Positions 14,995-28,100 of a DNA stretch of 64,000 nucleotides are shown one piece after another. Every line of letters starts with the position of its first letter. Position 1 is the first letter of the stretch. The stretch comes from Tubiluchus corallicola. Taxonomy: Eukaryota; Animalia; Priapulida. The notes under the pieces were generated by a model, which was not told where the DNA came from, ran no database searches, and was given only the letters and a program-made list of their open reading frames with translations. The DNA lies in the NCBI GenBank assembly GCA_030141605.1, contig JAQGDQ010000616.1, positions 1 to 64,000 on the forward strand. Reading direction: 5' to 3'. The position numbers were made by a program, and so were the translations under genes.

Positions 14995-15071
14995 TTAATA
15001 ATCGAAGTCTTTAGTATCGTACTCAACCGTCACCGTTTTCACTTTGAGATATTCACGTAGGGCCTCTTCAC
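14995..15071 (-). CDS. ALDH1L: ALDH1L last coding exon
   Basis: [24 protein letters not shown]; acceptor gtttcag; overlapping AATAAA hexamers on the minus strand near 14647-14664 are a candidate polyA signal. Confidence 0.93.
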
Positions 15072-18000
15072 CTGAAACACAACAGACAATTAAACAACAT
15101 GTACGCGTATCCAAAAGTATTTCTGGAATCACAGTGCTAACTGTTAAATCAATCAGTACACATATCCAGTAATACATACATGTATCCAATACATACAATC
15201 CAGTAAAGAAATACTAACAGATAAAAATAAATATTAAGTTACAGTCTTTAGAAATTTGTGCCATAGTGGGACTCAAATAATAATCCTTTTTTGAATCACA
15301 AAGCTAACTGCAATAACTGGCAACAAATGAAAAAAACTTGTTATGCAAAAAGTATAACATACGTACAAAATGCGTTAGGTCAATGATTGACTAAAACATA
15401 TATGTCACAGCAAACCGTACGAGTAATACTGTTTCTGGAACGACTATGCTAACTGCATTTTACCACTAACGAACGATAGCTCAATTACAAGAAATTCACT
15501 GGTCACAGAAGACTGACTAGAGTAGATCTACGGTCATCTTAACTGCAGTTGAGCAATAGCTGTAAACCATTTGCATCTGCTAATGGTCACTGGTCACTGA
15601 AGCCTGGACAAGTGTAGATCTATGGTCATCTTAACTGCAGTTGAGCAATAGCTGTAAACCATTTGCATCTGCTAATGGTCACTGGTCACTGAAGACTGAA
15701 CAAGTGTAGAGCTATGGTCATCTTAACTGCAGTTGAACAATAGCTGTAAACCATTTGCATCTACTAATGGTCACTGGTCACTGAAGCCTGGACAAGTGTA
15801 GATCTATGGTCATCTTAACTGCAGTTGAGCAATAGCTGTAAACCATTTGCATCTGCTAATGGTCACTGGTCACTGAAGACTGAACAAGTGTAGAGCTATG
15901 GTCATCTTAACTGCAGTTGAACAATAGCTGTAAACCATTTGCATCTACTAATGGTCACTGGTCACTGAAGCCTGGACAAGTGTAGATCTATGGTCATCTT
16001 AACTGCAGTTGAGCAATAGCTGTAAACCATTTGCATCTGCTAATGGTCACTGGTCACTGAAGACTGAACAAGTGTAGAGCTATGGTCATCTTAACTGCAG
16101 TTGAACAATAGCTGTAAACCATTTGCATCTACTAATGGTCACTGGTCACTGAAGCCTGGACAAGTGTAGATCTATGGTCATCTTAACTGCAGTTGAGCAA
16201 TAGCTGTAAACCATTTGCATCTGCTAATGGTCACTGGTCACTGAAGACTGAACAAGTGTAGAGCTATGGTCATCTTAACTGCAGTTGAACAATAGCTGTA
16301 AACCATTTGCATCTACTAATGGTCACTGGTCACTGAAGCCTGGACAAGTGTAGATCTATGGTCATCTTAACTGCAGTTGAGCAATAGCTGTAAACCATTT
16401 GCATCTGCTAATGGTCACTGGTCACTGAAGCCTGGACAAGTGTAGAGCTATGGTCATCTTAACTGCAGCTGAAGAATAGCTGTAAACCATTTGCATCTAC
16501 TAATGGTCACTAGTCACTGAAGACTGGACAAGTGTAGATCTATGGTCATCTTAACTGCAGTTGAACAATAGCTGTAAACCATTTGCATTTACTAATGGTC
16601 ACTGGTCACTGAAGACTGGACAAGTGTAGATCTATGGTCATCTTAACTGCAGTTGAACAATAGCTGTAAACCATTTGCATCTACTAATGGTCACTGGTCA
16701 CTGAAGACTGGACAAGTATAGATCTATGGTCATCTTAACTGCAGTTGAACAATAGCTGTAAACCATTTGCATCTGCTAGTGGTCACTGGTTAATGAATCC
16801 TGGACAAGTGTAGATCTAGCATTGGTCATTACTATTTAAAAGGCAAGCATAACTAAAGCTAAACAGTAGCTCAAAATGAGCATCAACATTCCTTCCCTAA
16901 TTTTCACTTTATAACCAGCCGCTCTTGCAGGAAATACATTTTCTAGCAAAAACCCGTCAACTAAATTGGTCACAATACCATTAGTCCGATTGCGCGCTAA
17001 TAGTGTTAACCACTAAAGTGGCGAAATGGGGTCCTTTTATTCCCGAGCACGTCTGAGACTGACCACGGCTTAGGAGGAGTTACGCGACAACTGTTTTGCA
17101 GAATTAAGTTGAAAGCGGATGTCACAAAAGGAAATGGTGCCTCATTAAAAAAGCACTTCCCTGGGACTTCTGGAAATTTGTCAATAAAGACGGAAAACGC
17201 AATTTCTTAATATCGCCATCAAGCCAAATTAGCCAGGAAGAGGGAAACGACACAGCCTCAACTAAATTCACATGCTGAATGAGCAAGTGCAATTAATTTA
17301 GTTAATTAACAACTTATACGTGAACTCTTTGCAGACTCAGTAAATGGCTGTAAAATTTGTTTGAGTGGCCAGTGCTTTTGGCATTGAACTGAAACCTGCT
17401 AAAATAACAAGGGACTCTGTGGTCTAGCTCGGAGGCGTTGGACATGCAACCCAAAGGTTTCTGGTTCAATTCCAGACTCAGTCTCAATTTTTTCTCATTT
17501 TTCCCTTGGTCAAAGTTGAACTTCAAGAAATCAATAATTAGAAGTTTATTTCATCAAATTGCAGTACATGCATATATTTTGCTCATTTGTATCCTTCACA
17601 ATTATTCAAACCCTTTTCAATTTCTTATCTTTCTTGCTATAAACTCATACAAATTTATTTATTTATTTATTTGTGCAATTATTTATTTCTTTACCTTAAC
17701 CTTCTTTACCTTATTTCGTTAATAAGTTAAGAGTGGCATTTCCCAACCTGCATCTAACAATTTACTAGAAGCAGTAGTGCAATTTTGATCCATTTCACTA
17801 TATCATATCGATATGCACAATTTATTGACAAACCAAATCAAATTCGACAAAACTACGTCACTTAAACACTAAATCTTTAAAGGTGCAAAAGTGATAAAAT
17901 CTATGCTACTGATGATGCAAAAATTCATCAAAAATGATGTAACTTTAAAAAATTACATATTTTACACTTCTCCCAACCAACCTGCTGCTGACTTAGTGAG

Positions 18001-19115
18001 CTACATTCATGTTCAAACTAATATAAGATTGCATATAATATATCAACACGGAAGCTGTTTAACTTTTCATATGATACTAGCGCTAGATATCATTATATTT
18101 CTACTAGACTTAATATTATTTATTTTGATGTGATTCACAGAAAATGTGCATACAGTTTATACGTCAGGCTGAATAACAGTGAAAATTTTATATGCAAGAA
18201 CATTTTAAACAGTGATGCAAACTTTACTTCTGTAATTAGATGTCATTGGCGTAGTTTGTTATATCGTTAATTGTTATTTGTGTTATTGTTGTGTGCCATG
18301 ATTTATTGTATTATTTGTATTAATTTGAGATGTGTATATGAACTTTGTGAAGTTGGAAATAAAATATTAAATATTAAATCTAAACTCTAAATCTAATATC
18401 TATTTTTTTCCTTCCTAAAACACATGCGTTTCTTGCTACACATCTTGCTGATCGTTTCTTTTTCGTGTCACTCACAGGGGAAAATGATAACCCTGCTATA
18501 AACAGAAGCGTATAATGCTAATCATAAATTTACCTGCTTAGAGACACTGCACACTCATTAGAAGCATTTTTTACAAATAAAGAAAGAGAAAAAATCTTGT
18601 AGGTAAAACCTACAATGCAGGTAAATTGTAAGTCTAGTATTTTCACACGTGGAGAAAATATTGGGATAAAAATCATATAGTCATTCAACCTAAAGTATGT
18701 TACACTTGTGTATTGAAAATGTTTTTAAAAATATTTGCAAGCTAATTTGTGATTATATATCAGGTGACAGAAAAAAAATGTGCCAAACGTTTGATCATGA
18801 CACTGTAGAGAAGAAAAAATAAAGAAATTGCTTGAAAATTACCACACTCATCCTAGAGATAACATCTCTTGTATAAACTCTCGTATAAATATCAAAAACT
18901 TTGCGTTTTCTTACATTTTCCTACAGATACAAAAGTTTTAAATCAACAAGTCGAAAAATAAATAATAAATACCGGAAAGAATTTTGTATTTTACTGTTAT
19001 TAAAATTTGCATCAATCAATCAGTCAGTCAGTCAGTCAGTCAGTCAGTCAGTCAGTCAGTCAGTCAGTCAGTCAGTCAGTCAGTCAGTCAGTCAGTCAGT
19101 CAGTCAGTCAGTCAG

Positions 19116-19152
<37 letters not shown>

Positions 19153-22100
19153 TTATTTCACTGCAGCAATACATATACAATACATCAACATACAATATTA
19201 TTGAAACAAAAAGAAACAGTATAGGTAAAAAAACGTTGATGAAGTCAAATTAACCAAATAAAAGAGTTGCTGTATGACACCTTGAAAGCTTGGCTTGTTA
19301 AGGTGGCACAAATGAGTGAATGAAAGAATGGTTAGGGTTAGTAGACATGATAGAACGGAAAAAATAGTAATATTAGGGATAGGAAGAAGGAAAAGAGAGG
19401 AAACGACCACAATGTATGTTTAATTTACATAGAGGTATATTAAAATAGCATTATAATTGATTGGAGGCCATATATTGCGACTGCATGAGACACAATTGCG
19501 CTATGTGTCCAACATTTCCACTGCAAACTATATGTAAGCATTTCTTCCTACACCTGACACAGTTTCTCACTTCTTTAGGGCGTATCCAGTCACAATACCC
19601 AAAATTTTACGACTTTAGCCCCCCTCTGCATAAAAACGGCTAATTTGAAGTAAAGTTTCTTAACACTTTTTTTAGGATCTTGGTCATCTCAGCGGCCATT
19701 CATCCTATCTGTTTGCATTACAAATTTATAATAATTATTCCACGCCAATTTCTACTACAGAAAATAACAACCCTCAGTAAATTTTAATCAGAGCAGCACC
19801 AAATCTAGCATAAATGCTGTACTTATTTACCTTAACAAGATTAGCGGACACCGTGATTTGATCAAATTTCAATAATTCATAAGTTCTAGCCGTAGACTTG
19901 CACTTTACGACTTTATTTCACATTTGAAAACGAAATTCGCCAAGCAGCTTAAAGCAAATTCAATATTCATTGGCAGTCATCAAGGGATTGAAAACATTAA
20001 GCTTATTTTAGGTTTATTTCAGAATCTCAACTTCATCCTTTTGAAAATATCCTTGTCCAGTAAGCTCATGCCATAAGCTTATTTCATTGCTGCTGAATAA
20101 CCCAAGCTTATGAGGTAAGCCAACTTCAAGTGTTTAAGTAATGGATGCACCCTCGCAGTTTATGCAATATTCATTATCTCCACAGCACGCAGCTAGAAAA
20201 TGCTCTACAACCTAACTCAATTACATTAATGTTCAAAGTTGTAGCAATCTAATTATGTTAAAGTGCTATGGGAATATCGTGCTGCCATCTATGGGCTGAG
20301 ATGAGCATTATTATTACAAATAATTAACACATTTATCTATACTAAATATTTATGTAAGAATGTGGGTGGCGTCGCCATCTATGGATCAAGAATAAAACCT
20401 TAAACAAAAACTCTGTACTACCGCTGCCATCTATGGATGCAATAAAAAGAAAAAACTTTAAGCAATGCCTGTGCTACTGTCTCCATCTATGGACGCAATG
20501 ATAGGAATAAAAGCTTAAACAATGTTTGTGCTACTGTCTCCATCTATAGGCACAATGATAAGAATAAAAGCTTAAACAATGTGAGTGCTACTGTCTCCAT
20601 CTATGGACGCAATGATAAGAATAAAAGCTTAAACAATGTGTGTGCTACTGTCTCCATCTATGGCTGCAATGATAAGAATAAAAGCTTAAACAATGCGAGT
20701 GCTACTGTCACCATCTATGGACGCAATGATAAGAATAAAACCTTAAACAATGTCTGTGCTACTGTCTCCATCTATGGCTGCAAAGATAAGAATAAAAGCT
20801 TAAACAACATCTGTGCTACTGTCACCATCTATGGCTGCAACGATAAGAATAAAAGCTTAAACAACATCTGTGCTACTGTCACCATCTATGGCTGCAAAGA
20901 TAAGAATAAAAGCTTAAACAATGTCTGTGCTACTGTCTCCATCTATGGACGCAATGATAAGAATAAAACCTTAAACAATGTCTGTGCTACTGTCTCCATC
21001 TATAGACGCAATGATAGGAATAAAAGCTTAAACAATGTTTGTGCTACTGTCTCCATTTATGGACGCAATGATAGGAATAAAAGCTTAAACAATGTTTGTG
21101 CTACTGTCTCCATCTATAGGCACAATGATAAGAATAAAAGCTTAAACAACGTGAGTGCTACTGTCTCCATCTATGGCTGCAAAGATAAGAATAAAAGCTT
21201 AAACAACGTCTGTGCTACTGTCTCCATCTATGGCTGCAATGATAAGAATAAAACCTTAAACAATGTCTGTGCTACTGTCTCCATCTATGGCTGCAATGAT
21301 AAGAGTAAAAGCTTAAACAACGTCTGTGCTACTGTCACCATCTATGGCTGCAAAGATAAGAATAAAAGCTTAAACAATGTCTGTGCTACTGTCTCCATCT
21401 ATGGCTGCAAAGATAAGAATAAAAGCTTAAACAATGTCTGTGCTACTGTCTCCATCTATGGCTGCAAAGATAAGAATAAAAGCTTAAACAATGTCTGTGC
21501 TACTGTCTCCATCTATGGCTGCAAAGATAAGATTAAAAGCTTAAACAACGTCTGTGCTACTGTCACCATCTATGGCTGCAAAGATAAGAATAAAAGCTTA
21601 AACAATGTCTGTGCTACTGTCTCCATCTATGGCTGCAAAGATAAGAATAAAAGCTTAAACAATGTCTGTGCTACTGTCTCCATCTATGGCTGCAAAGATA
21701 AGAATAAAAGCTTAAACAATGTCTGTGCTACTGTCTCCATCTATGGCTGCAAAGATAAAATTAAAAGCTTAAACAACGTCTGTGCTACTGTCACCATCTA
21801 TGGCTGCAAAGATAAGAATAAAAGCTTAAACAACGTGAGTGCTACTGTCTCCATCTATGGCTGCAAAGATAAGAATAAAAGCTTAAACAATGTCTGTGCT
21901 GCTGTCTCCATCTATGGACGCAATGATAAGAATAAAAGCTTAAACAATGTGTGTGCTACTGTCTCCATCTATAGGCACAATGATAAGAATAAAAGCTTAA
22001 ACAACGTGAGAGCTACTGTCTCCATCTATGGATGCAAAGAAAACAATAAAACCTTAAACAATGTGTGATACGATTATTTGCATTGCAAGATAATGGGTAA

Positions 22101-25100
22101 AACTTATGCTACCGAAGTCCAATTTTTTAATATTTAACACTAATGACAACTAGAAATGAAAATCGTTACTTCAACTTTACAAGGTGAATAACAAACTCAA
22201 CAATTATGAAATTTTAAAACTGATTTTTTAAGCAAAAAGTGTGAAAAGCTAGAGTACTTTTGAACACAAACCCAAGACCTTCTCAATCACATCAAAAGGT
22301 TATCCTCTCCTTAAATTTAAACAGTAATATCCAATAAAGCAAAATTTTAGAGATTAATTTACCCATTTTGCATTTTCAAGAGTTTGTGCTAGTGCAGTTA
22401 TGAATTCAATAATCTTACAAACTCATAAGACCAGATTACCAGCCAAAATTACTAACACTCTAGAGATGTTCACTCAGTAAAATAGTTTCAAAAGGTTTTT
22501 ATCAAACAGCTTTCAAACGGTTTGAGTGTTTAGAAAGTCATTGATCAAACCATTTTGAAATAAACAGAAGAGGTACTGTATGCACTTGTGGATATCATAT
22601 GAAACAATTTATATTTGTCATATTAAAAGGGTATGAATGTTTGAACTAGATTAAAATTAATCAGCAAATTGCAAAAGTTGTATACCACATATACATCAGG
22701 TGATGCAAAAAATGTGCCAAAGTTTTAATCACAATATTATAAGAAGAAAATAATGAAATGATTGAAAATGACCACATTGATGCTACAGACAATTAATTAG
22801 AAACATCAAAAATTTTAGGTCAGTCACTCAAATTTATCCAAAGATACAGAAATTTAAAATCAACAAGTCAAAAAAATAAATAAATGCGGAAAAAATGTCA
22901 CTAATTAGTTACATTATGCCTTGATTATCAGAGCAGAGTGCTCATAAACCATTGCTGTTTATTTTTAACAGTTATCACGTATTATGCCAATTATCACCCA
23001 ACAGTTATCACCCACTGCGGATAATGAGTTGGAGAAAAAAAGGAGATGCTCAAAAACTGTGGATATATCAGGATTTGAACCTGAGACCTGGAACTGGTAC
23101 ACCAATGCTCATGTCAACATTTCCTTTCTTTCTCAGACTCATTACGTGCAATGAATAATAATTGTTAAAAATAAACTTCAATGGTTTATAGACACTCTAA
23201 TAATCACAGTCATAATCTTAACTAATTAATAATATGTGTGCTTGCGTTCATAAGTCAGCACAGTTAAAACTACGTTATGATGGTTAGAAGTACAATGACC
23301 CAGAAATCTTGTCAAATGTTGACTTTTTTATCAAACCCAATGTTAAATATATTGGACTTCTATATTCCAGGATCAAATTATTAAGAAAGTGTTCAAAAGA
23401 CACCAAAAACTTAATTTTATAACTCTGTACTAATTTTTCTGTCTAGAAATTAGTACTGCAATTGTAAAAAAATTGCAATTTCAAACTCTGTTAGTAGCTC
23501 GTGGAAGAAGTCATTTTGCTTCGGGTTTTTTCTGTTGCCAAACCCAGATCTTCATCAGAAATAGCCATCTACTGGATTTAAACACAACACCAATCTGTTC
23601 TTGTAAAGTCTGTAGCAACCAACATTTGTACGGTTGCTATGTTGGTTGCTAAGTGTTTTGTAGAAATGAAACAAAAACAACGGCTAACTTTAACAGTGAT
23701 GTTCTCAGCGCTTTAACAGAGACTGACCGACCAGCTTTAGCGTTGCTTAACTATGGTTATGCCATGACTACTCGGATATTCAGGTCACCTCAACCTGCTA
23801 GTGCGTGAACCATTTTTACACAGATGTGGTCTGTCAGGACATAAATATTGTTGTAACATTTAACTCTCTTTTACTTGTATGATTTGGTGGTGAAAGAAAT
23901 GGCTGACAGAGATTTAACTGAAATCCACATTACATTACTACTCTGCAGGCGCCATCTATGAATCAACAGCAAATAAGAGTTAACTAAATCCAAATAAAGC
24001 AAAGTCGACTGTGCCAAAACTACTAATATGACTATTGAGTGACTTAGCTGGATGGTAGTGTGCTCGCTTCGAACCCGGAAGGTCGCGGGTTCAACTCTCG
24101 ACCGAGTCAGACCAGAGACTTAAAAAGTAGTACAGATGTTTCTTCGGCCGGGGCTTATCGAAGTAATGAACGTGTAATAATAACCGAGAACCTTGGAAAT
24201 AAGTATTGAGTTACTTAAGGTGTTATCACTGGGCTATGTCTTAAACGAAATTATTATTATTATTTATCCTTTGAATGCAAGTGCAGTTAACAATGTTCCA
24301 TCTAAGAATGGCCAAGAAACACTTATAAAACCCGAATATGGGTTTACTGAAAAATATTCTCTGTCGTCTGTTGTTGCTTGCTCAGTTACAGACAATGGCT
24401 TAAGAAAAATGACACATTAGATGGACTCACCTAAATCTTTTCCAAATCCTGACTGCTTGAAGCCTCCGAAGGGTGCGGCAACGTCGGTTTTGTTGTAAGT
24501 GTTGACAAATACGGTCCCGGCTTGTATCTGTTCGCTGATGTACATTGCTCGATTGATGTCTTTGGTAAAGACGCCTGACGCGAGACCGTACTCTGTGGCA
24601 TTTGCACGTCTGATGACGTCATCCACGTCCCTAAATACGACAGTGTTACTGTTACGTTGCATCAACTAAATCTAGATGATCTTCAGAAACTGTGTTAACC
24701 CTTACAAGACCATTACTGTTATGTTGCACCAACTAGATCTAGATGATCTTCAGAAACAAGACCAAACTTGCAATCTCAGACTACCATACAGTTTTGCATT
24801 CCTTCTGTTTGTTTTGTTTCACATTTTTGTTCTCCAGTTACGGCATTATAGAAGTGCACATTTTGGACTTTCGTACAAGCTACTTTGAGCATAGGCAGCC
24901 ATTGAAAACTTCCACGTAAAACTGTTGTAATCGCGATGCCAATGTTTACAACAAAACAATCTACTTTCTTGCTTATCACAAACACTGCATATTTATTTAC
25001 TCTATGATAAAAGAAACTTTTTTACCTCAGATTTATGCCCATGTTCTAACAGTAGTATTCGAAATCCCACGATCTTTTATAAAATTCAAAGCTACAACAG

Positions 25101-28100
25101 CATAGTGTGGGTGTAATTTTTTTTTTAAATAATAAGAAACAGTTAATATACCTGTAGTACATAACTTGTAAGACTAATAAGCAAGCTAGCAAGTTTTTTT
25201 TCTTTTTTCTCCTCATCTCCTAAGTAATTGTTGCTCTTTCTCATACTTACTTTTTCTCATAAATTTTTCTATATTACACTTTTTTGATACTTATTTTTTC
25301 TTTCTATACTCTCAGTTTTTTAACTTTACTCACTAACCTTGGTCAAATTCCCCTGTTAATAAGACCGCATTTGAAACTACTACATATGATAATCCTAATT
25401 ACTGAATAACTGTATTGTTTTGTTTAGATTTTGGTATCCAACTTTATTATTTTTTTTTGTTTTCAGTTCTTTTTGGATAATTTGCATCACTTATACTGTT
25501 TTTATTTGTATTTCTTTCTTATTTGTTTTCGTTTTCGTTATCTGCAGCATCACTGTTAATTTTTAATATGACTAATCTATTTATAAGAAAGGGCAGGAGA
25601 CTAGATGACCCTATGGTCCTTCCCCGCCCTGCTCCATGATTATAATTACTTAATATTTAAAAAACTTTTGATGTTAAACTAATTGGAGAAAATAAATGTT
25701 CTATGTCTATGTCTATATGTCTATGTTCCCAGGGAAAACTGGGAAAACTCAAAAATGCACTGGCAATACTAGTAAATCACGTTGCCTCGAACTGCAGACA
25801 GACCGGATCTAGACAAAAACTCTTGATTGAGAAATTTTCCTGGACTAAGTGCAGATACAGTAGATATTCACTATGTAATCAAATCTCTTTATATCACTGT
25901 AAAACTGCCTTTGACAAAAAACGAGTTTGACATTATAATAAGGTGCAACAATACATGTGTGCTTGCAAACCAGAACTGTCCATAAGTCGGCATAGTTAAG
26001 ACTACGTTATGATGCTTCAAAGCAGATGCACCAAAAATTGGGTCAAATGCCAATTTTTTGTTTTTTTTTATAAAAAGAAATGCTAAATATATTTGACTTT
26101 TGTATTCTAGCATCAAATTAGCTAAAAATATAATTTTACAACCCCGTACCCACTTCTCAGGCTAAAAACTAGTAATGCAATTGTAAACAACTCGTACTTC
26201 CAAAGTTCGATAGTAGCTAAGTAATTCTGCTTCCGATTTTTTATCTTGCCAAGGCCAGATCTTTGTCTGTAAGAGCCAGTTACTGGATTTAAACATAACT
26301 CTGACATGTTCTTGGAAAGCCCGTAGTAACCAATGTTTGTACGGTTGCTAAGTGTCTTGCAGAAATGCCACAAAAAATAACAGCAAACTTTAACAGCGAT
26401 TTTCTCAAGATCATGTTTTTCTTCGAGTGAGTGTGCTCCTCAACTCCAATGCGGATTATCCCAGCTTAGAAATAATATAGAGCAATGAGCTTGGTATCAA
26501 AATGATTGTCATGAAATGGAAATTCAAGACATGTGAATAACTAGAAAAGCTTAATTGCTGACTTATGGATGATTTTGCTATGCAAGCACTGATATAAGTC
26601 AAACTTCTTTATATCACTGTGAAACTGTCAACAAGCGAGTTTGGCATCATTATAACTAGGTGCATTAATACATACATGTCTAAATAAATTATAAAGGGGG
26701 AATTATAACAAGGCTTGACTATAGTGTCAATTGCCCAACTTATGAAATTTTGAACACTCACATGTCATCAAACCTGGATATGATCATGACGGGTCCAAAG
26801 CTTTCTTCTGAGGCAATGTACATGTCATCAGTGACGTCGGTGAATATTGTCGGCTCCATAAAGAACCCCTTTCGATCGCAACGCTTGCCTCCAAGAACCA
26901 GTTTGGCACCCTCTTTCACACCCGTCTGGCAATACTCTACCAACTTTTCCAAATGGGCACTGAAAAGCAAATGCTCTAAGGTAATTTAAAATATCTTTCT
27001 CCTTATTACGTTTTGTCACGGGCCACATCCATCTGACAAAGCTTGATTTATTTAACCTAAACACATCCATCTGAACTTTATCTGGCAATGCAGTATTTAA
27101 AGAAAGACAAAATGATTTTTCATATACAACAGCAATTTCAAGTTCATTAAAAAGTACACATTTTAACACCATTACTATCGTAAAAGCGTTTCTGATAAAT
27201 AAATAATAGATTAAGCACTTAATTAGTGGGGGGGGGGGGGTGAGCCCAACTATTGATGACATCACTAACTAACATAATTTTCAACAGCAAAGATATTCCA
27301 CGAGCGTGTTGCACATGTTTGTGAAAGCAAAAATTGAAGTACAGTGCTACTGTAAGATATTTAGTGTGTTGTAGTAAAACTAGGCAAGTTTTAAGATAGA
27401 AATTCAAATTTCAAATTTACCGCTGTGTTCACGCATTAGCCGTCAAATGTGCGTAGTTCGTCACAAAATAACACATCTGAACTGAGAAGTACAGCACTTA
27501 TTTTTTGTGCAATGCTTTTCCGAAATGCAGGCGCTAATGCTCGTTTTACTAGCGAATGGCGAAATGCATGTAACAGCGAAGAACTAGTGGCGCGAAAGTG
27601 AAATTGTGTTTGTGTGGTAATAATTCTTTCACGTAAGTCATTTTTGAAAAAATAGTGTGTTTTCTTTCAATATTTTAAAAAGTAGATTATTTTCACCTGC
27701 AGTTTAAGATTGGGTCCGGTCTTACGTTAATTATGATCAAAATGTTATCGTATTTAAAGTTAGTTCGGAATTTTATTGGTACCACTAAAAGATTTTCCAC
27801 TGGTCGCCTCATTAACCTTCCTTCCTTTCTCTTAGCTTTTATTTCAATCTATCCTACATGTTCCTTTTGATTTTGTTGTTGTTAAAATTAGTTTGTTACA
27901 ATTATGATTTTGCATCTTGTATCAATGATTATTCAAATATCTGAGGCAAATTATCAGCTTAACTGCTGTCCGCTAAAGATTGTTTTCGTTGAAAAATAAA
28001 AATATGTTTTATAAAAAAACACATCCTCTGTAAAATTCAATGATAGTACTTCAAAATTGTACAAAAAAGGTTAGTTTTAAATAAAATAGTGTTGATTATA

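Noticed and set aside
15497-16818. Regularly spaced repeats resembling a CRISPR array (also 8563-8947, 37471-38339, 51441-51871)
   Set aside because: Units are contiguous with no unique spacers, there are no cas genes, and the context is eukaryotic and intron-containing.
17411-17483. Functional tRNA-Cys(GCA) gene
   Set aside because: Anticodon and acceptor stems do not pair properly; better explained as a SINE head.
18901-19253. SQSV-repeat ORFs
   Set aside because: Tetranucleotide microsatellite translation.
20581-22068. 495-aa ORF of 19-aa Cys/Asn/Lys repeats, superficially like an antifreeze or beta-solenoid protein
   Set aside because: It is the translation of a 57-bp minisatellite: GTG start, no unique N- or C-terminus, no signal peptide or splice context, and located antisense in an intron.
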